From NCBI GenBank assembly GCA_900234795.1, contig LT962688.1:1320001-1352000 (forward strand): a stretch of DNA of 32,000 bases, written 5' to 3'. Below, in pieces: positions 26,684-32,000 of the stretch. The notes beneath the pieces were generated by a model. The model made no database searches and was not told the origin of the DNA. It saw nothing but the letters and a program-made list of their open reading frames with translations. This DNA comes from Methylorubrum extorquens. Its GTDB lineage: Bacteria; Pseudomonadota; Alphaproteobacteria; Rhizobiales; Beijerinckiaceae. Position 1 is the first letter of the stretch; each line of letters opens with the position of its first letter. The position numbers and the translations under genes are program-made.

Positions 26684-27780
26684 TCCGGCGGCTTCTGCTG
26701 GGAGGGCTCGCCGCCCTCCCCCTTCTCCTCTCGGCCGGCGGGGTGCGGGCCGAGGAGCGGGTCGTCAACATCTACAACTGGTCGGACTACATCGACCCGA
26801 AGGTGCTCGACGACTTCACCAAGGAGACGGGGATCAAGGTCGTCTACGACACCTACGACAACAACGAGATCCTCGAGACGAAGCTCCTGGCCGGCAAGTC
26901 CGGCTATGACATCGTCGTGCCCTCCGGCCCCTTCCTTCAGCGCCTGATCAAGGCGGGCGTGTTTCTGCCGCTCGACAAGGCGAAGATCCCGAACCTCAAA
27001 CACGCTTGGCCCGAGATCAGCACCCGGCTCCAGGCCTATGATCCGGGCAACGCGTTCGCCGTCGATTACATGTGGGGCACCACCGGCATCGGTGTGAACG
27101 TCTCGGCCGTGCGCGAGCGGCTGGGCGCCAACGCCCCCCTCAATAGCTGGAGCCTCGTGCTCAATCCCGGCTCGATCGCGAAGCTGAAGGATTGCGGGGT
27201 GATGCTCCTCGACTCCCCCGAGGATCTGATTCCCTCGATCCTACCCTTCTACGGCTTCAAGTCGGATTCGAAGCGTTGGGACGACATCACCGCGGTGACC
27301 GACGCGCTCTACAAGGTCCGCGGCGCGGTGCGGAAGTTCCACTCCTCGGAATACGTCAATGGGCTCGCCAACGGCGACGTCTGCCTCGCGGTCGGCTATT
27401 CCGGCGACGTGATGCAGGCGAAGAAGCGCGCCGAGGAATCGAAGAACGGCCTCGAGATCGCCTACTTCATTCCGAAGGAAGGTGCGCTGATGTGGTTCGA
27501 CGCCTTCGCGATCCCGAAGGATGCCGCCCACCCGGCCGAAGCGCATGCCTTCATCGACTACATGATGCGCCCCGAAGTGGCGGCGGCCAACACCAACTTC
27601 GTCTCCTTCGCCAACGGCAACCTCGCCGCGCGCAAGCTCGTGAAGCCGGAGCTTCTCAATAATCCCGGCATCTACCCCGACGAGACAACGATGCAGCGGC
27701 TCTCGGTCAACACCGCCTGGAACGACTCGACCCAGCGCTTCGTCACCCGAGCCTGGACGCGGGTGCGCACCGGCCGCTAG
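26680..27780 (+). CDS. PotF/PotD-family periplasmic polyamine (putrescine/spermidine) binding protein
   Basis: The GTG start overlaps the ridA-like stop (GTGA at 26680-26683). The signal peptide is VIRRLLLGGLAALPLLLSAGGVRA. The sequence VNIYNWSDYIDPKVLDDFTKETGIKVVYDTYDNNEILETKLLAGKSGYDIVVPS is typical of PotF. The 170 codons upstream in ORF 26167..27780 are not part of it. Confidence 0.9.
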   Translation: MIRRLLLGGLAALPLLLSAGGVRAEERVVNIYNWSDYIDPKVLDDFTKETGIKVVYDTYDNNEILETKLLAGKSGYDIVVPSGPFLQRLIKAGVFLPLDKAKIPNLKHAWPEISTRLQAYDPGNAFAVDYMWGTTGIGVNVSAVRERLGANAPLNSWSLVLNPGSIAKLKDCGVMLLDSPEDLIPSILPFYGFKSDSKRWDDITAVTDALYKVRGAVRKFHSSEYVNGLANGDVCLAVGYSGDVMQAKKRAEESKNGLEIAYFIPKEGALMWFDAFAIPKDAAHPAEAHAFIDYMMRPEVAAANTNFVSFANGNLAARKLVKPELLNNPGIYPDETTMQRLSVNTAWNDSTQRFVTRAWTRVRTGR

Positions 27781-27884
27781 AGCATCATCCGGAAAGGTGG
27801 TTGCCGGCTTTCGGAAAAAGATGATGCAAGAACAAAAGCTTAGAGCATCGTCCTGAATCTGATGTCCAGGACGATGCTCTAAGC
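27778..27884. repeat. two-hairpin intergenic mosaic repeat, copy B
   Basis: Hairpin 1 is GCATCATCCGGAAAG / loop GTGGTTGCCGG / CTTTCGG-aaaaa-GATGATGC (27782-27827). Hairpin 2 has a perfect 16-bp stem, TTAGAGCATCGTCCTG-11 nt-CAGGACGATGCTCTAA (27840-27882). The element starts on the potF-like stop codon (TAGAGCATC). Confidence 0.85.
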
Positions 27885-27941
27885 GCCCCTCTCGGAGCCC
27901 GACCCTCCCCTCGGCGGGGGTGCAGCGCAGCGCCGAACGAG

Positions 27942-27977
27942 AAAGGCCCCGGCTCTTCCGAGCCGGGGCCTTTTTCA
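27942..27977. terminator. bidirectional intrinsic terminator shared by the potF-like gene (+) and rpoC (-)
   Basis: AAAGGCCCCGGCTC-ttcc-GAGCCGGGGCCTTT has a 14-bp stem. T-runs follow on both strands. Confidence 0.8.
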
Positions 27978-28005
27978 TGTCGCGGGTCCGGAAAGGAGCG
28001 GCCGA

Positions 28006-32000
<3,995 letters not shown>

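Overview
Roughly 70% GC alphaproteobacterial chromosome segment. Gene content, third-position GC bias and the intergenic repeat types suggest a Rhizobiales / Methylobacterium-like organism, but that assignment is inference. Most of the window is core housekeeping: nadE, ftsK-lolA, xthA, rpsO-pnp and the 3' 4 kb of rpoC. Sensory, transport and stress genes lie between these. They are a LOV-domain histidine kinase with a single-domain response regulator, a PAS-GGDEF-EAL protein followed by a short BLUF photoreceptor, an APC amino-acid permease, and a TonB-dependent siderophore receptor. There is also a GST, an HxlR/QorB divergent pair, a YeaQ/GlsB membrane protein, RidA and a PotF-like binding protein. 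I see no CRISPR array, tRNA/rRNA, transposase, integrase or recognisable defence island, so I cannot support a claim of a wholly new multi-gene system here. The signals most worth a second look are: (1) Two perfect GGAAC-N16-CGTT (sigma-EcfG general stress response type) promoter motifs sit upstream of the LOV kinase and of a DUF2892 membrane protein, with a near match upstream of the yeaQ-like gene. (2) A split BLUF / GGDEF-EAL pair resembles PapB/PapA. (3) The lolA-linked FtsK has no recognisable N-terminal membrane domain. (4) There are four reading-frame anomalies (two in ampG, one in ecsC, one in qorB), three of them at C6-C8 homopolymers. (5) There are several families of structured intergenic palindromic repeats, one present as two inverted copies whose stems covary. 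Many long ORFs in the six-frame track are antisense or off-frame artefacts of high GC.
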